Below, piece by piece: positions 38,951-49,739 of a DNA stretch of 64,000 nucleotides. Both the position numbers and the translations under genes were made by a program. The notes under the pieces are model-generated. The model had not been told where the DNA came from. It saw only the letters and a program-made list of their open reading frames with translations, and did no database searches. The stretch's first letter is position 1. Every line of letters starts with the position of its first letter. Origin of the DNA: a virus (lineage: Duplodnaviria > Caudoviricetes); IMG/VR virus record IMGVR_UViG_3300011977_000007, positions 1-64,000 of that record; one strand, given 5' to 3'.

Positions 38951-40182
38951 TGACTAACTGGGCACTTAAATCTAATGGGGCGATTGCCACTGCAGACAAT
39001 TATGGTGATGCGAACGTTCCAGATAACGCAATAAATGGAAGTTTAGTTACTGGAAATAATCATAATTGGTATGGTGGAAATAGATTAATGGTAACCCTAA
39101 ATGGGAAAAAATCAATATCATCAATGAAGATTATGACTACTGATAATTGGGGGGTACATTGTAATACTTTTGATTTATACTATACTTTGGACGATTCCTT
39201 GGATGTAAATTCTGAATTATCTAAATTTAAAAAAGCTGGTACATTCAAATTTAAAAATACAAAGGATACATTAGAAGAAATAAAATTTGATAATAAATTA
39301 ATTGGAAAAAAATTTATGATTATCCCAGAAATACAAAACAATGGTGTAGCTGTAGTTGAATTTGAATTATGGGGCGATGATTTTGTAGGTGTAATATTAC
39401 AATCAAATAAAAACTATTATTCTATAGATGAAAAATATTATAATTCAAGTACAAAAAATTATAATGCAATATCCGATTTAAGCGCTAGTAATTTTAGCAA
39501 TTATGAATTTAATGTTTCTGATTTATTTAATGAAATTACGATTAATGAAGAAACATTTAAACCTATAGATAAATTTAAGAGTTTTTCTATTATATCTACA
39601 AGTCAAAATACATTAACTGTAAATGGTATTAAAGTAGATAAATCTATGATTGCAACTATGGAACCGTTATCTATGGCTGCATATGAAACAATTCATAATA
39701 TTACTGCGGATTATACTACAGAAAATAATGGTGTTATTAAACTTATTTTCTCATTTAATAAGGGTAATACTTGGAAAACGTACGATGTTTCTACTAATGC
39801 ATGGAATACTGTAAGTGTAAATATTCCCACTAAATTATACGATAATTTCACATCAGAAGAGAAATCTAATTGGGATTCTGCTAGAGATACTATATTATCC
39901 GATGGAATATCTGTACAAAATTTAGGAAATGTAGTATTTTCTACAGAAACAATTAAAACTCTTATGTTTGCCATTGCTTTTAGTAGACCTACATATGCTG
40001 ATACTTGCACTTTAAGGGGATTAAATATTAAGTATGATGGTGTAGTTACTTACATTCAGCTTGCTGTTGGTAGTGATTTAACTAAATATGAAGCTAAAGT
40101 AAGAATTACTGGAGATACTATTAGAGTTACAAGTTCTACAAACTGTGATAAATTACTTATTAGTGTAGTAACTAACGTATAA
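38950..40182 (+). CDS. Putative receptor-binding protein with N-terminal discoidin/F5-8 type C (CBM32-like) domain
   Basis: NWALKSNGAIATA...PDNAING...W...VVEFELWG. Confidence 0.6.
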   Translation: MTNWALKSNGAIATADNYGDANVPDNAINGSLVTGNNHNWYGGNRLMVTLNGKKSISSMKIMTTDNWGVHCNTFDLYYTLDDSLDVNSELSKFKKAGTFKFKNTKDTLEEIKFDNKLIGKKFMIIPEIQNNGVAVVEFELWGDDFVGVILQSNKNYYSIDEKYYNSSTKNYNAISDLSASNFSNYEFNVSDLFNEITINEETFKPIDKFKSFSIISTSQNTLTVNGIKVDKSMIATMEPLSMAAYETIHNITADYTTENNGVIKLIFSFNKGNTWKTYDVSTNAWNTVSVNIPTKLYDNFTSEEKSNWDSARDTILSDGISVQNLGNVVFSTETIKTLMFAIAFSRPTYADTCTLRGLNIKYDGVVTYIQLAVGSDLTKYEAKVRITGDTIRVTSSTNCDKLLISVVTNV

Positions 40183-40258
40183 AATAAGCACCATGGGATA
40201 ATGCCCATGGTGCTACCTTTAACATTTTATTAAAATAATGAATAAAGGGGGAAAAGAA

Positions 40259-42781
40259 ATGGCTATTAAGACGGGTGATAATTTCTTATATAGAGGAAAG
40301 AAGCCTTTAGACGATAGAGATAGTTTTGATACGATATCGGATATGATTGCATACGATATTAATTCGCTAGATGAAGGACATATTTCATATTGTAAGGCAA
40401 AAGATAAATATTATAAGTTTAATTCATCTAATGAAGATGATCCTACTACTGGTAAATGGAGAGAATATAATGCCGGTGGTTCTACTATAGATATAATAGA
40501 TGATCTAAATACTCAAAGTGCAATTGCTCCATTATCTGCTAATCAAGGTTATATATTAAGCCAAATGTTTTTAAGCGATTTAAAGTTTAATAGTATTACT
40601 AGGGAAGTTGAACTTATTTCTAAGAATGGTACTAAAACAACTTATTCATTGAAAACCTTTATAGATGATGTTCATAAAACCTTAATGCAGTCTAAAGCTA
40701 TTTATTGCGATAAGTTACCTACATGTGCTCAGGATAGTGATGGTAATTATATAGTTACATATGTAAAAGGTGGTACCACGTTAACAACAAGTGCTGCTAA
40801 TACATGGTTTTATTATAAAGATAATAATAGGGAAGATGTACAAACAATATTCGTTGATGGTGAAGAGATAACGATCCAATCTGGTACTATTGGTGATGTT
40901 GTTGCTATTGATCCTGTATCTAAAAATTGGTTAATTAATGGAGTTGATACTGGGGAATCTTCTAAGGGAGATGCCGGAAAAGATGGTAAATCTATTAGAT
41001 CTATTACAAAAGATGATGAAAATAATATTATTGTTACTTTCAGTGATTCAACAGTACAAAATATTGGTAAATTACAGATTGATATTCAGGGAGATTTCTT
41101 AACTGCTAATGGATTTGGTAATCTTAGGTATTATAATAGTCATTTCCAATATTATGATAAAAATACATCTACTTGGATAGATACTTCTGTCACTCCAGAT
41201 AATGTATATATTATGAATATGACACCACAGGAAATGAAGAAAATTTTTTGTGTGTATGATACAGCTTTAAGTAAATATAAACTTAAATTTAAAGAACCTG
41301 ATGATACTATTATTGATGGTCAAGTTGCTTGCATTGTTGAAAAGGTTATTATTCGTAGGAAACTTGGCTCAGTACCTACAAGTGAAACTGATGGAGAATT
41401 AGTTCTTGAAATAAAACGTAAAGATTTTGGAAGTTATAAAAATGAATATTTTGTAGATACTACTCTCTCACCTTCTGATGGTGATATTTATTATTATAAA
41501 GCATTCCCTATGAGTACAACAGGATTTTATAATACTAATCCTGCTAATGAAACAGATGGCATCAAGTGTAAGAATTATAACTTATATGGATTTAAATTAG
41601 ACCAAAATGAATCTGATCCAAATAGTATGATTACATATTTATCAGATTGTGACAACAAATATTATGAATCTGCAAAAATGAATTATACTGCTGATAAATT
41701 TAATTATGGTGATTGGGCAGATGCATGGTTTATTAAAAATTTGAAGCCTTGTATGCTAAAATATGATGGTACAGTTGATTATGAGTTGAATCCAAATGAT
41801 TATACCAAGAAACTTGATGGCACTGCTTCTGATGTTGCCAATGCTTCTTATGGTGGTAATGCTATGGTTGGTATACCAAAAATATATTGGAAGATCGTAG
41901 ATAATGGTGATAATACAGCCAATATCTATATCTGCGATAAGAAACTTGATGATGATTTTCATTGTTGGTCACATATTGATAATAATGGTAATGAGATAGA
42001 TTATTGTTATATGCCTATTTATAACGGAAGTCTTGTTAGTAGTAAACTACGAAGTTTGTCAGGGAAAACACCAATGGAGAACAAAACTACAACTAATGAA
42101 ATCACTTATGCTAAAGCAAATAACACTGGTTCGGATGTTATTTGGTATACAGAATTGTTTAATGACAGGATGTTAATCAATCTTCTATTATTGCTTATTG
42201 GTAAATCAACTGATACGCAGACTGTATTCGGAACAGGTAATAATAATTCATATGTTTCTACTTCTAATACAGGTGTTAAGAATACAGGTACTATGAATAC
42301 AAAAGGATTATTCTGGGGAAATCAGGATAATGTTAGTGGTGTCAAAGTATTTGGTATAGAACATTGGTATGGAAATATATGGAGACGTATTGGCGGTTGG
42401 ATTAATGATAAAGGCACACAGAAAATCAAGATGACTTATGGACAGTCTGACGGTTCAACATCTGACGGATATAATGAAACAGGTAGTGGATATATTTCTA
42501 TTGATGGTGCTACTCCTAGTGGTACAAGAGGTGGATATATTAGTAAGATGCTAATTACTGATAATGGTTTAATACCTACTATTATCAGTGGAAGTGCTAC
42601 TACTTATTATTGTGATGGATTTTGGTTTAATAATTCGCAAGTTGATTATGCTATGGTGGGTGGCGAATCTAACGACGTTTCTCTTGCGGGTGCGTTGTAC
42701 TCGAATCTCGACGAGGCGGTTTCGTCTGCTGGATGGTACGTCTGTGCTTCCCTTTCTTGTAAACCACTTGCAACAACTTAA
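40259..42781 (+). CDS. Tail fibre/RBP with FN3-like domain and C-terminal C-type-lectin-fold (Mtd-like) domain; PLD family copy 2
   Basis: FGIEHWYGNIWRRIGG...YYCD...VGG...AG...ASLSCKP. Confidence 0.7.
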   Translation: MAIKTGDNFLYRGKKPLDDRDSFDTISDMIAYDINSLDEGHISYCKAKDKYYKFNSSNEDDPTTGKWREYNAGGSTIDIIDDLNTQSAIAPLSANQGYILSQMFLSDLKFNSITREVELISKNGTKTTYSLKTFIDDVHKTLMQSKAIYCDKLPTCAQDSDGNYIVTYVKGGTTLTTSAANTWFYYKDNNREDVQTIFVDGEEITIQSGTIGDVVAIDPVSKNWLINGVDTGESSKGDAGKDGKSIRSITKDDENNIIVTFSDSTVQNIGKLQIDIQGDFLTANGFGNLRYYNSHFQYYDKNTSTWIDTSVTPDNVYIMNMTPQEMKKIFCVYDTALSKYKLKFKEPDDTIIDGQVACIVEKVIIRRKLGSVPTSETDGELVLEIKRKDFGSYKNEYFVDTTLSPSDGDIYYYKAFPMSTTGFYNTNPANETDGIKCKNYNLYGFKLDQNESDPNSMITYLSDCDNKYYESAKMNYTADKFNYGDWADAWFIKNLKPCMLKYDGTVDYELNPNDYTKKLDGTASDVANASYGGNAMVGIPKIYWKIVDNGDNTANIYICDKKLDDDFHCWSHIDNNGNEIDYCYMPIYNGSLVSSKLRSLSGKTPMENKTTTNEITYAKANNTGSDVIWYTELFNDRMLINLLLLLIGKSTDTQTVFGTGNNNSYVSTSNTGVKNTGTMNTKGLFWGNQDNVSGVKVFGIEHWYGNIWRRIGGWINDKGTQKIKMTYGQSDGSTSDGYNETGSGYISIDGATPSGTRGGYISKMLITDNGLIPTIISGSATTYYCDGFWFNNSQVDYAMVGGESNDVSLAGALYSNLDEAVSSAGWYVCASLSCKPLATT
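42653..42765 (+). other. Candidate DGR variable repeat
   Basis: 49/90 G+C over 42661-42750 by hand count, CpG-rich, NNC/NNT codons at typical variable positions. Confidence 0.55.
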
Positions 42782-42796
42782 TAGGAGGGATTGGTT

Positions 42797-43078
42797 ATGA
42801 AATTAAATTATATAAAATCACAATCTTCTGTTAAGCCCGATTTAGTTGATACTACTTCATCTAAAGTTGTTGTGTATTTAAGACAGAATATTGTAGAAAA
42901 TATAAAGACAGATGAAATGTCTGGAAAAGAAACTGTTTTTTATGAGTATGAAGAAGCTAAACTTACTAAAGAAGAGTATGAAGAATATAAAAAGCAATTA
43001 GATATTATTAATATTGAAAAACAAAGAGCTGATATTGATTTTCTTGCTCTTCTGACAGGAGCTGATTTAGGCTATTAA
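42797..43078 (+). CDS. XkdW-like small tail-fibre accessory protein
   Basis: C-terminal RADIDFLALLTGADL. Confidence 0.55.
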   Translation: MKLNYIKSQSSVKPDLVDTTSSKVVVYLRQNIVENIKTDEMSGKETVFYEYEEAKLTKEEYEEYKKQLDIINIEKQRADIDFLALLTGADLGY

Positions 43079-43153
43079 TTAATACGCCGTGGATACTATC
43101 CATGGCGCTATCTTTAACATTTTATTAAAATAATAAATAAAGGAGGAAATATA

Positions 43154-44026
43154 ATGGCTGTTAACGCTAAATTAACCCAAAATATTAAGGGCAAAAAGCA
43201 AATTATACATCCTGAAACTAGTGCTGAGCAAGTTTTATATGGTAATTCTACTGTTAAAAAAGCATTAGATGATTTAAAAAATGGATCATCTGGTAGCGGT
43301 AGTGGCGGATCTGAAAGGTTCGATAGAACAGATAAAACTTCAACTACAGTAGGCGGATTACCAGCTGGATCTTCTGTTAAAGATAAAACAACTAAAGAAG
43401 TTTTGGAATCTATTTTATTCCCATATCAAAAACCAGGAGTTTCTTTTTCTATTAATCCTTCTACTTCAGTATATGAAGTAGGAAACTCTATTCCGAGTAT
43501 TACATTCTCTATTAATGCTACAAAGCATAGCAATAATATTGAGAATATTAAAGTATATGTAGGAGGCACTTTGGTTACTACAATTACTGATAAAGTAGCA
43601 AATGGTGGTACATTCTCATATACTTATAATACTGCGATTAATACTAATACTACTTTTAAAGTAGAAGTATCTGATGATACTAATACTGTATCTGCTACTA
43701 AGAGTGTTACATTTACTAATAAATCTTATTTTGGATTTATTGCCGATGGTGTAACCGTAACAGATGCTGTAGTTAAAGCATTACAAAATAATAATCTTAA
43801 GACCACTAAAGCTTTAAGCTATAATGGTATTACTGCAACTAATTCTAAAATTGTATATGCTTATCCTAAATCATTTGGAGCTTTATCATCTATTCTTGAT
43901 GGTAGTGGTTTCGAATATATTTCTAGTTATACTAGAACAGAAGTAACAATTGATGGGGTAGATTACTATGTATATACTCTTACCGATCCTGTTACTGTTG
44001 ATGGTTTCTTACAGACTTATGCATAA
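43154..44026 (+). CDS. Virion protein, Ig-like; paralog of the 44049 C-terminal region
   Basis: IHPETSAEQV N-terminus; VGGLPAGSSVKDK...FPYQKP...YAYPKSFG. Confidence 0.65.
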   Translation: MAVNAKLTQNIKGKKQIIHPETSAEQVLYGNSTVKKALDDLKNGSSGSGSGGSERFDRTDKTSTTVGGLPAGSSVKDKTTKEVLESILFPYQKPGVSFSINPSTSVYEVGNSIPSITFSINATKHSNNIENIKVYVGGTLVTTITDKVANGGTFSYTYNTAINTNTTFKVEVSDDTNTVSATKSVTFTNKSYFGFIADGVTVTDAVVKALQNNNLKTTKALSYNGITATNSKIVYAYPKSFGALSSILDGSGFEYISSYTRTEVTIDGVDYYVYTLTDPVTVDGFLQTYA

Positions 44027-44048
44027 TGTGAAAAGAGAGGTGTTTTAA

Positions 44049-45212
44049 ATGGCAATTCAAATTGGTGCTAATTTTTCATTTAAAGGAAAGAAGTTTCTTG
44101 ATGACAGACAATCATTTGATACTTTAGCTGAGATGAAGTCCTTTATCGAATCCGGGTTACCAGAAGGATTCCTTGCTTATAATAAAGAAACAGATAAATA
44201 CTATAAGTTTAATTCAACAAATGAAGATGATGCTACTCTTGGAAAGTGGAAAGAGTATGCTACAGGTGGCGGTCATACTCATGATAATAAAGATTTGCTC
44301 GATACATTAATTAATACTGGAGCTGGAGATAAGTTTTTAGCAGATGATGGAAAATATAAATCTGTCTTTGTTATTAGCAATGAAGCTCCTACTGATACCG
44401 GAGTATTCTGGATTGATGATACTGATGCTACTAAGTTATTACTTAAGATTCATAAGAGTGATGAAGATGGATGGGTAACTATTAGTGCCGCTGGTGGTGA
44501 TAAGATTACTAGAGCTGATACTACAACTGTTAAAGTTGGTGGTTTAGATGCTGGATCTTCCGTTAAAGATAAGTCCGTTGCAGATATTCTGGAATCTATC
44601 TTATTCCCATATCAGAAACCAGAAGTTTCTATTTCTATCAATCCTGCAGCTACAATTTATGAGATTGGTGCTACAGTTTCTAGCATTACATTTTCAATTA
44701 CTGCAACGAAGAAGAGTAAAGATATTACATCTATCAAGATTTATGATGGAACCCAGTTAATTAATACCATTACTGATGATGTAGCTAATGGTGGTACATT
44801 CTCATATACTTACTCATGTAATATTACTACTAATACTTCATTAAAGGTTGAAGTAACTGATGGAACTAGTACAGCGTCTGCAGTTGAGGGTATTGTATTT
44901 ACTAACAGATCTTACTATGGTTTCGTAGCTAATAATGCGACTGTAGATGATACTGCTGTTAAGGCATTACAGAAGAATAGTCTTAAGACTACTAAGGATC
45001 TTACTTATTCTGGTATTACGTGCTCATTCTCTAAACTCGTATATGCTTACCCTAAGTCATTCGGTACATTAAAGTCTATCTTAGATAATAATGGATTCGA
45101 TTATATTAGCTCTTATGAATGCAAGGAAGTAGCTATTGATGGGGTAGATTACTATGTATATGTAATGAAGGATGCTACAACTGTAGATAACTTTAAGCAG
45201 ATTTATGCTTAA
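44049..45212 (+). CDS. Virion protein, PLD family copy 3 fused to a 43154-like domain
   Basis: Shared N- and C-terminal domains visible by alignment. Confidence 0.65.
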   Translation: MAIQIGANFSFKGKKFLDDRQSFDTLAEMKSFIESGLPEGFLAYNKETDKYYKFNSTNEDDATLGKWKEYATGGGHTHDNKDLLDTLINTGAGDKFLADDGKYKSVFVISNEAPTDTGVFWIDDTDATKLLLKIHKSDEDGWVTISAAGGDKITRADTTTVKVGGLDAGSSVKDKSVADILESILFPYQKPEVSISINPAATIYEIGATVSSITFSITATKKSKDITSIKIYDGTQLINTITDDVANGGTFSYTYSCNITTNTSLKVEVTDGTSTASAVEGIVFTNRSYYGFVANNATVDDTAVKALQKNSLKTTKDLTYSGITCSFSKLVYAYPKSFGTLKSILDNNGFDYISSYECKEVAIDGVDYYVYVMKDATTVDNFKQIYA

Positions 45213-45232
45213 TTAAAGGAGGTTGTTCTATT

Positions 45233-47221
45233 ATGCCAATTCAGATAGGGGACAACTTTCAATATAGAGGAAAGAAACCTTTGGATAATAGAAATAGTTT
45301 TGATACGACTTCTGAAATGAAGTCGTATCTTGACTCCTTTATTGATGAAGGTCATATCTCATATTGTAAAGAAACAAATAAGCATTATAAATATAATTCG
45401 TCTAATGAAGATGATCCTGTTTTAGGAAAATGGAGAGAATTTAATTCTGGTTCTTCTTCTGGTTCTGGAGATTCTACTCCTGCTAACATTATTGAAGTCA
45501 CCGATTTAATTAATACACCAAAAATTGGTGCTCAGCAAACTGTAACTTCAACAGATTTGAAAGCTAATATTTCTGATTTGAAAGTAAATCAGTTGGTATA
45601 TGATACCAGTGGATATATTGCTAAGATTGATTCTATCGATTCCACTCAAGATCAAATAGTATTAAAGGTTATTCATTACAATCCAAATTCTTCAGCTATT
45701 ACAGTAATCCCAGAACCAAATGATGATTCTAAATTATATTTTAGATCCAGAGAAGATGGGCAAAGTGCTGGTAAATGGATTGAATTTACTTCGGTAGATG
45801 GTACTAATATAAACGTAAAATTAAACGAAAAAGATAGCTCAAACACTACAGATGCAGATTATATACCTAAGCACGGAGAATTAGTTTACGATACTAATAA
45901 AAATATAATTGTACTTGGCGATGGTAAAACTAAATTGATTAATTTAAGAGCATTCTATTCAGTGGCTGTAACTGCACAAGATATTTTAAAATCTTTAGGA
46001 TTTACACCTGAGAATATTTTAAATAAAGGGCAACCTAATGGGTATGCTGGATTAGACGCTAATGGAATAGTTCCAGAGGCAAACCTTCCAGCAAGTGTTA
46101 CAAGTTCTTATAGTAAAGCTGATATTGATAAGAAGGATTCAGATGTATTAAATAGTGCTACTACTTTAGTAAATACCGAGGCTTCTACAGCTAGAAGTAA
46201 TGAAAATAAGATAAAGACAGATTTATCTAATCATACAAGTAATTTAGTTATTCATGTTACTCAAGATGATAAAGATAATTGGAATAAAAAAGTAGATCCT
46301 TCTGCATTAACTAATTATGATACTCATATTGCCGACGCTACAATTCATGTTACTCAGGCAGATAAAGATAAATGGAATGGCATGAATAAGAGTTACTTTG
46401 TGCAAAATATTTCTGATTTACCAACTACTGATAATGATATTGGTAATATTGGATATGTGCAAACATCAGCTGCTGGTATTACCCCTATAGCATGTGCTAC
46501 TTATATTTGGGACGGTACTCAATGGTTACAGTTAGATCAAACTCAAGTATCATTACAGTTTACTTGGAGTAATATAAGTGGAAGACCTAATGCTACGGCA
46601 TTAAAGATTGATGAAGCCGTAAATAGCTCTCATAAGCATAATAATAAAGGCGTATTAGATAAGATTTCTCAATCCGCTAATGGTAATTTTGTATTTAATG
46701 ATGTTGAGATTGGTATTAAGGTTATCTTTGAAGATACTGAAAAAGATTTACCTGATGCTGGTGCTGAAGATACTTTATATGTAGTATATAGAGATTCTCG
46801 TGTAAGAAATTACCCATCTATATCTGTATATAAAGACAAAGCATATCAAGTACTTGGTAGAGGTGCTCAAGATATACCTCAACAAGTAGGAGATATGAAT
46901 ATATTACAGCATGAATATTTTTCTGCTGCTAAGGGTGCACAGGTAATAATTAATGTAAATTCAAATCAATATTTTGCATTTTTACCTGTAGAAATATTAA
47001 AGAAAACTGAAGGTTTAAAAGCTCAAGATAAAGTAATACTTACAACTAATGATAGTGATAAATTTGTATATGATAAAGATCTTATTGCTGTATTAAATAG
47101 CGGGATAATTATTTCTCTTCAATCTATCCCATTAAAACTCGATAGTTCATCTGAGGGAACACATATGCTGTATGAAGATGTAGACTTATCGAAATATAAA
47201 GATATAAATTATATTGGATAG
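45233..47221 (+). CDS. Tail fibre/adaptor protein, PLD family copy 4
   Basis: GELVYD...LGDGKT, KGQPNGYAGLD, IHVTQxDKDxWN repeats. Confidence 0.7.
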   Translation: MPIQIGDNFQYRGKKPLDNRNSFDTTSEMKSYLDSFIDEGHISYCKETNKHYKYNSSNEDDPVLGKWREFNSGSSSGSGDSTPANIIEVTDLINTPKIGAQQTVTSTDLKANISDLKVNQLVYDTSGYIAKIDSIDSTQDQIVLKVIHYNPNSSAITVIPEPNDDSKLYFRSREDGQSAGKWIEFTSVDGTNINVKLNEKDSSNTTDADYIPKHGELVYDTNKNIIVLGDGKTKLINLRAFYSVAVTAQDILKSLGFTPENILNKGQPNGYAGLDANGIVPEANLPASVTSSYSKADIDKKDSDVLNSATTLVNTEASTARSNENKIKTDLSNHTSNLVIHVTQDDKDNWNKKVDPSALTNYDTHIADATIHVTQADKDKWNGMNKSYFVQNISDLPTTDNDIGNIGYVQTSAAGITPIACATYIWDGTQWLQLDQTQVSLQFTWSNISGRPNATALKIDEAVNSSHKHNNKGVLDKISQSANGNFVFNDVEIGIKVIFEDTEKDLPDAGAEDTLYVVYRDSRVRNYPSISVYKDKAYQVLGRGAQDIPQQVGDMNILQHEYFSAAKGAQVIINVNSNQYFAFLPVEILKKTEGLKAQDKVILTTNDSDKFVYDKDLIAVLNSGIIISLQSIPLKLDSSSEGTHMLYEDVDLSKYKDINYIG

Positions 47222-47235
47222 GCGGTGAAATTAAT

Positions 47236-48921
47236 ATGGGAACAATTTTACAATTTAAATCATGCGCATATGGCGGTGAATATACTGGTTATAATACTAC
47301 CCCTACTAATATATATTATGGATCTATGTATACGCCTGATAAAATAGGCGCATATATTAAAGAATGCTATAAAAATGATCCTAATATGGTAAACGTAGAG
47401 GGTATTGGATATGGATGGCAAAAATATACCGTTCCATATACATCTAAACTTAAATTTAGTGTTAGAGGAGCTGCTGGAGGAACCACATCAAGTGGCGCTG
47501 CTTCAATAGATCCAGTTACTGGTAAGGTAACTGGTAGCCTTAATAGACCTGGTAGAGGAGCAAAAATTGAAGGTGCGTGTTTACTTAATAAGGGTTCAAT
47601 TATATATATCTTAGTTGGTTGTAGAGGTTGGTCATCTAATGGCACTGCTTGGGGTAGTGGTGGTGGAGGAGCATCTGTAGTATTATTAGATAATCCTTCT
47701 GGTGCTTATACATTTACGCCCGTTAATAGAAAAGTTGATGTATTATTTGTTGCTGGCGGTGGTGCTGGTGCATATGTATGCTCGAGAATAGATTCGAGTA
47801 GATATGGAAACGATGCCGATATAAAGAATGGAACCAGTACAGGGGCTGGAAGTTCTAATAAAGCAAGTGGTGGTGCTGGATTAACTGCTGGAACTGGAGG
47901 GGATGAAGGTAATGCATATGCTATATTATCTGGAAATCCAAGTACTACCTCTAGTCCATATTATGGAGGATGGGGCGGTGGAGGAGTTTCATGGAATGGT
48001 GGTGGAGGAGGCGGTGGCTATAGCGGCGGAAATGCTACCGACTCTGGATTAAGTAATGGTGGAACATCATATATTAACCCCACTCTATGTACTGAAATAT
48101 TTAGAGGATATGCTACACTTGCACAAGATTCAAATAGAAATCTTGAGAATCCTTGGACTGCATATGGATTTGTAGAAATTGAGTTAGGTAGAAGCCCGGA
48201 GAAATATATTCTTGCGAAAGACTCTGATGGATATAAATATTTTAATGGTATTACGTTGCTCGATAATACCACTAATGATTCCGGTAATGATACTTGGGAA
48301 TTATTACCAGACCAGTCTTCTGTTCCAACACAAGATATTTATGAAACCTATGGTAAATATATGATTACTAGCGCTAATGGATTACAGAACAAAGTAAGAT
48401 TTCTTGTAAGTTCTAATGAGGAAGATGATACTATTGATATTTCTGGTAAAGTAAATAAAACTATAGTAGAAACTAAAGATAATAATACATCTGGTATTGA
48501 TACTATTAAGTCTATTACTTTTACCGGAAATACTGCTGGAGCTACAATTAAATTTGCCGTTTCTAAAGATAGCGGCGCTTCATGGCAAACTTATAGTAAT
48601 GGTGTTTGGAAAGATATAGATGTTACTGATAAAGATAAGTTCTTAAATGATGGATGTTATCTTGATCAAATAACTACTATTCCTGTAAATGATTGGAAGG
48701 ATTATCTTTCTAAGACATTAAGGTTTAAGTTCATTATTGATCAGAATGATACTACAGGAAATTTAATTAACGAAATTAAATTTAACGTAGACTTACTTGG
48801 ATCATGGATGCATTTTAAAGAATCGCAAGCTCAGTATGAGTATATTTCTGATACTGAATTAAAGATCACTTTCTTAGAAGCTGGAGATTATAAAGTAAAT
48901 TATTTGGATAAAATATCATAA
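47236..48921 (+). CDS. Glycine-rich (ALK/LTK- or gp38-like polyglycine) putative adhesin
   Basis: GAAGG, GGGGAS, VAGGGAG, GGWGGGG, GGGGGGYSGG, GGTSYI. Confidence 0.7.
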   Translation: MGTILQFKSCAYGGEYTGYNTTPTNIYYGSMYTPDKIGAYIKECYKNDPNMVNVEGIGYGWQKYTVPYTSKLKFSVRGAAGGTTSSGAASIDPVTGKVTGSLNRPGRGAKIEGACLLNKGSIIYILVGCRGWSSNGTAWGSGGGGASVVLLDNPSGAYTFTPVNRKVDVLFVAGGGAGAYVCSRIDSSRYGNDADIKNGTSTGAGSSNKASGGAGLTAGTGGDEGNAYAILSGNPSTTSSPYYGGWGGGGVSWNGGGGGGGYSGGNATDSGLSNGGTSYINPTLCTEIFRGYATLAQDSNRNLENPWTAYGFVEIELGRSPEKYILAKDSDGYKYFNGITLLDNTTNDSGNDTWELLPDQSSVPTQDIYETYGKYMITSANGLQNKVRFLVSSNEEDDTIDISGKVNKTIVETKDNNTSGIDTIKSITFTGNTAGATIKFAVSKDSGASWQTYSNGVWKDIDVTDKDKFLNDGCYLDQITTIPVNDWKDYLSKTLRFKFIIDQNDTTGNLINEIKFNVDLLGSWMHFKESQAQYEYISDTELKITFLEAGDYKVNYLDKIS

Positions 48922-48940
48922 AATTAAAAACCATTAAATT

Positions 48941-48971
48941 TGCACTATGGGAATCCCATAGTGCATTTTTG
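48941..48971 (+). terminator. Intrinsic terminator
   Basis: TGCACTATGGGA-a-TCCCATAGTGCA then T run. Confidence 0.7.
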
Positions 48972-49177
48972 ATATTAGCAACATTTCATTAATAGACTGA
49001 TTAGTCTGCTATCACTAAGAAGCATAACTACAAAGAAAAATATATTGAAATTTTTTATTTTAATTATTTATACATTATTTTATTTTTCTCGTAGTATAAA
49101 TATTGCATTCTGCGTATGATTAAATTCATACACTATATTTTTTGCTTCTTAAATATATAGAAAGGAAAATGAATATT

Positions 49178-49723
49178 ATGCAAGTAATAAAAACACCCAC
49201 TGGATTGATTGCTGTTGATGAATTAGCACAATCTATGACTCAAACAGAGTATAATAATTTACCTGCAGATAAACAGAAGGTTGGTACTTATTATATTATA
49301 AGTGGCGATGGTAAACATATAGCTCTTATTATAAAAGATGGTGTTCCACTAGATTCACTTCCTGCTAATAATGCTGCATTTACACCACCTAGTGGTATGA
49401 GTTCAACTACAGTTCAACAAGCTATAACAGAACTTTATAATAATATGAAAAATACACATAAGTCTATTACTGCAGTGGCTCCATCTACTAATTGGACTGG
49501 CAGCGCTGCTCCTTATACTAATAATATTGCTGTTGCTGGAGTAACAGCTAATAATATAGTTGAAGTTGGGTTAAGTAATAATGCGAATGACGATCAAGTT
49601 AAAGCATGTATGAAAGCAAGTATTGCTAAAATAGAACAACAAAACGGAAGATTAATATTATATGCTTATGGTACTAAACCTACGGTGGATATACCATTAT
49701 CATGCGTTATAGTAAATAATTAA
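49178..49723 (+). CDS. Short tail-fibre adaptor; C-terminal domain shared with 56539
   Basis: APYTNNIAV...VEVGL..NANDDQVKACMKASIAKI...YAYGTKPTVDIPLS; late motif at 48980. Confidence 0.65.
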   Translation: MQVIKTPTGLIAVDELAQSMTQTEYNNLPADKQKVGTYYIISGDGKHIALIIKDGVPLDSLPANNAAFTPPSGMSSTTVQQAITELYNNMKNTHKSITAVAPSTNWTGSAAPYTNNIAVAGVTANNIVEVGLSNNANDDQVKACMKASIAKIEQQNGRLILYAYGTKPTVDIPLSCVIVNN

Positions 49724-49739
49724 TAAGGAGGAAAATATT

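Noticed and set aside
42782-49177. A complete DGR (template repeat and reverse transcriptase) in this window
   Set aside because: No second copy of the VR-like segment and no RT motifs found by eye.
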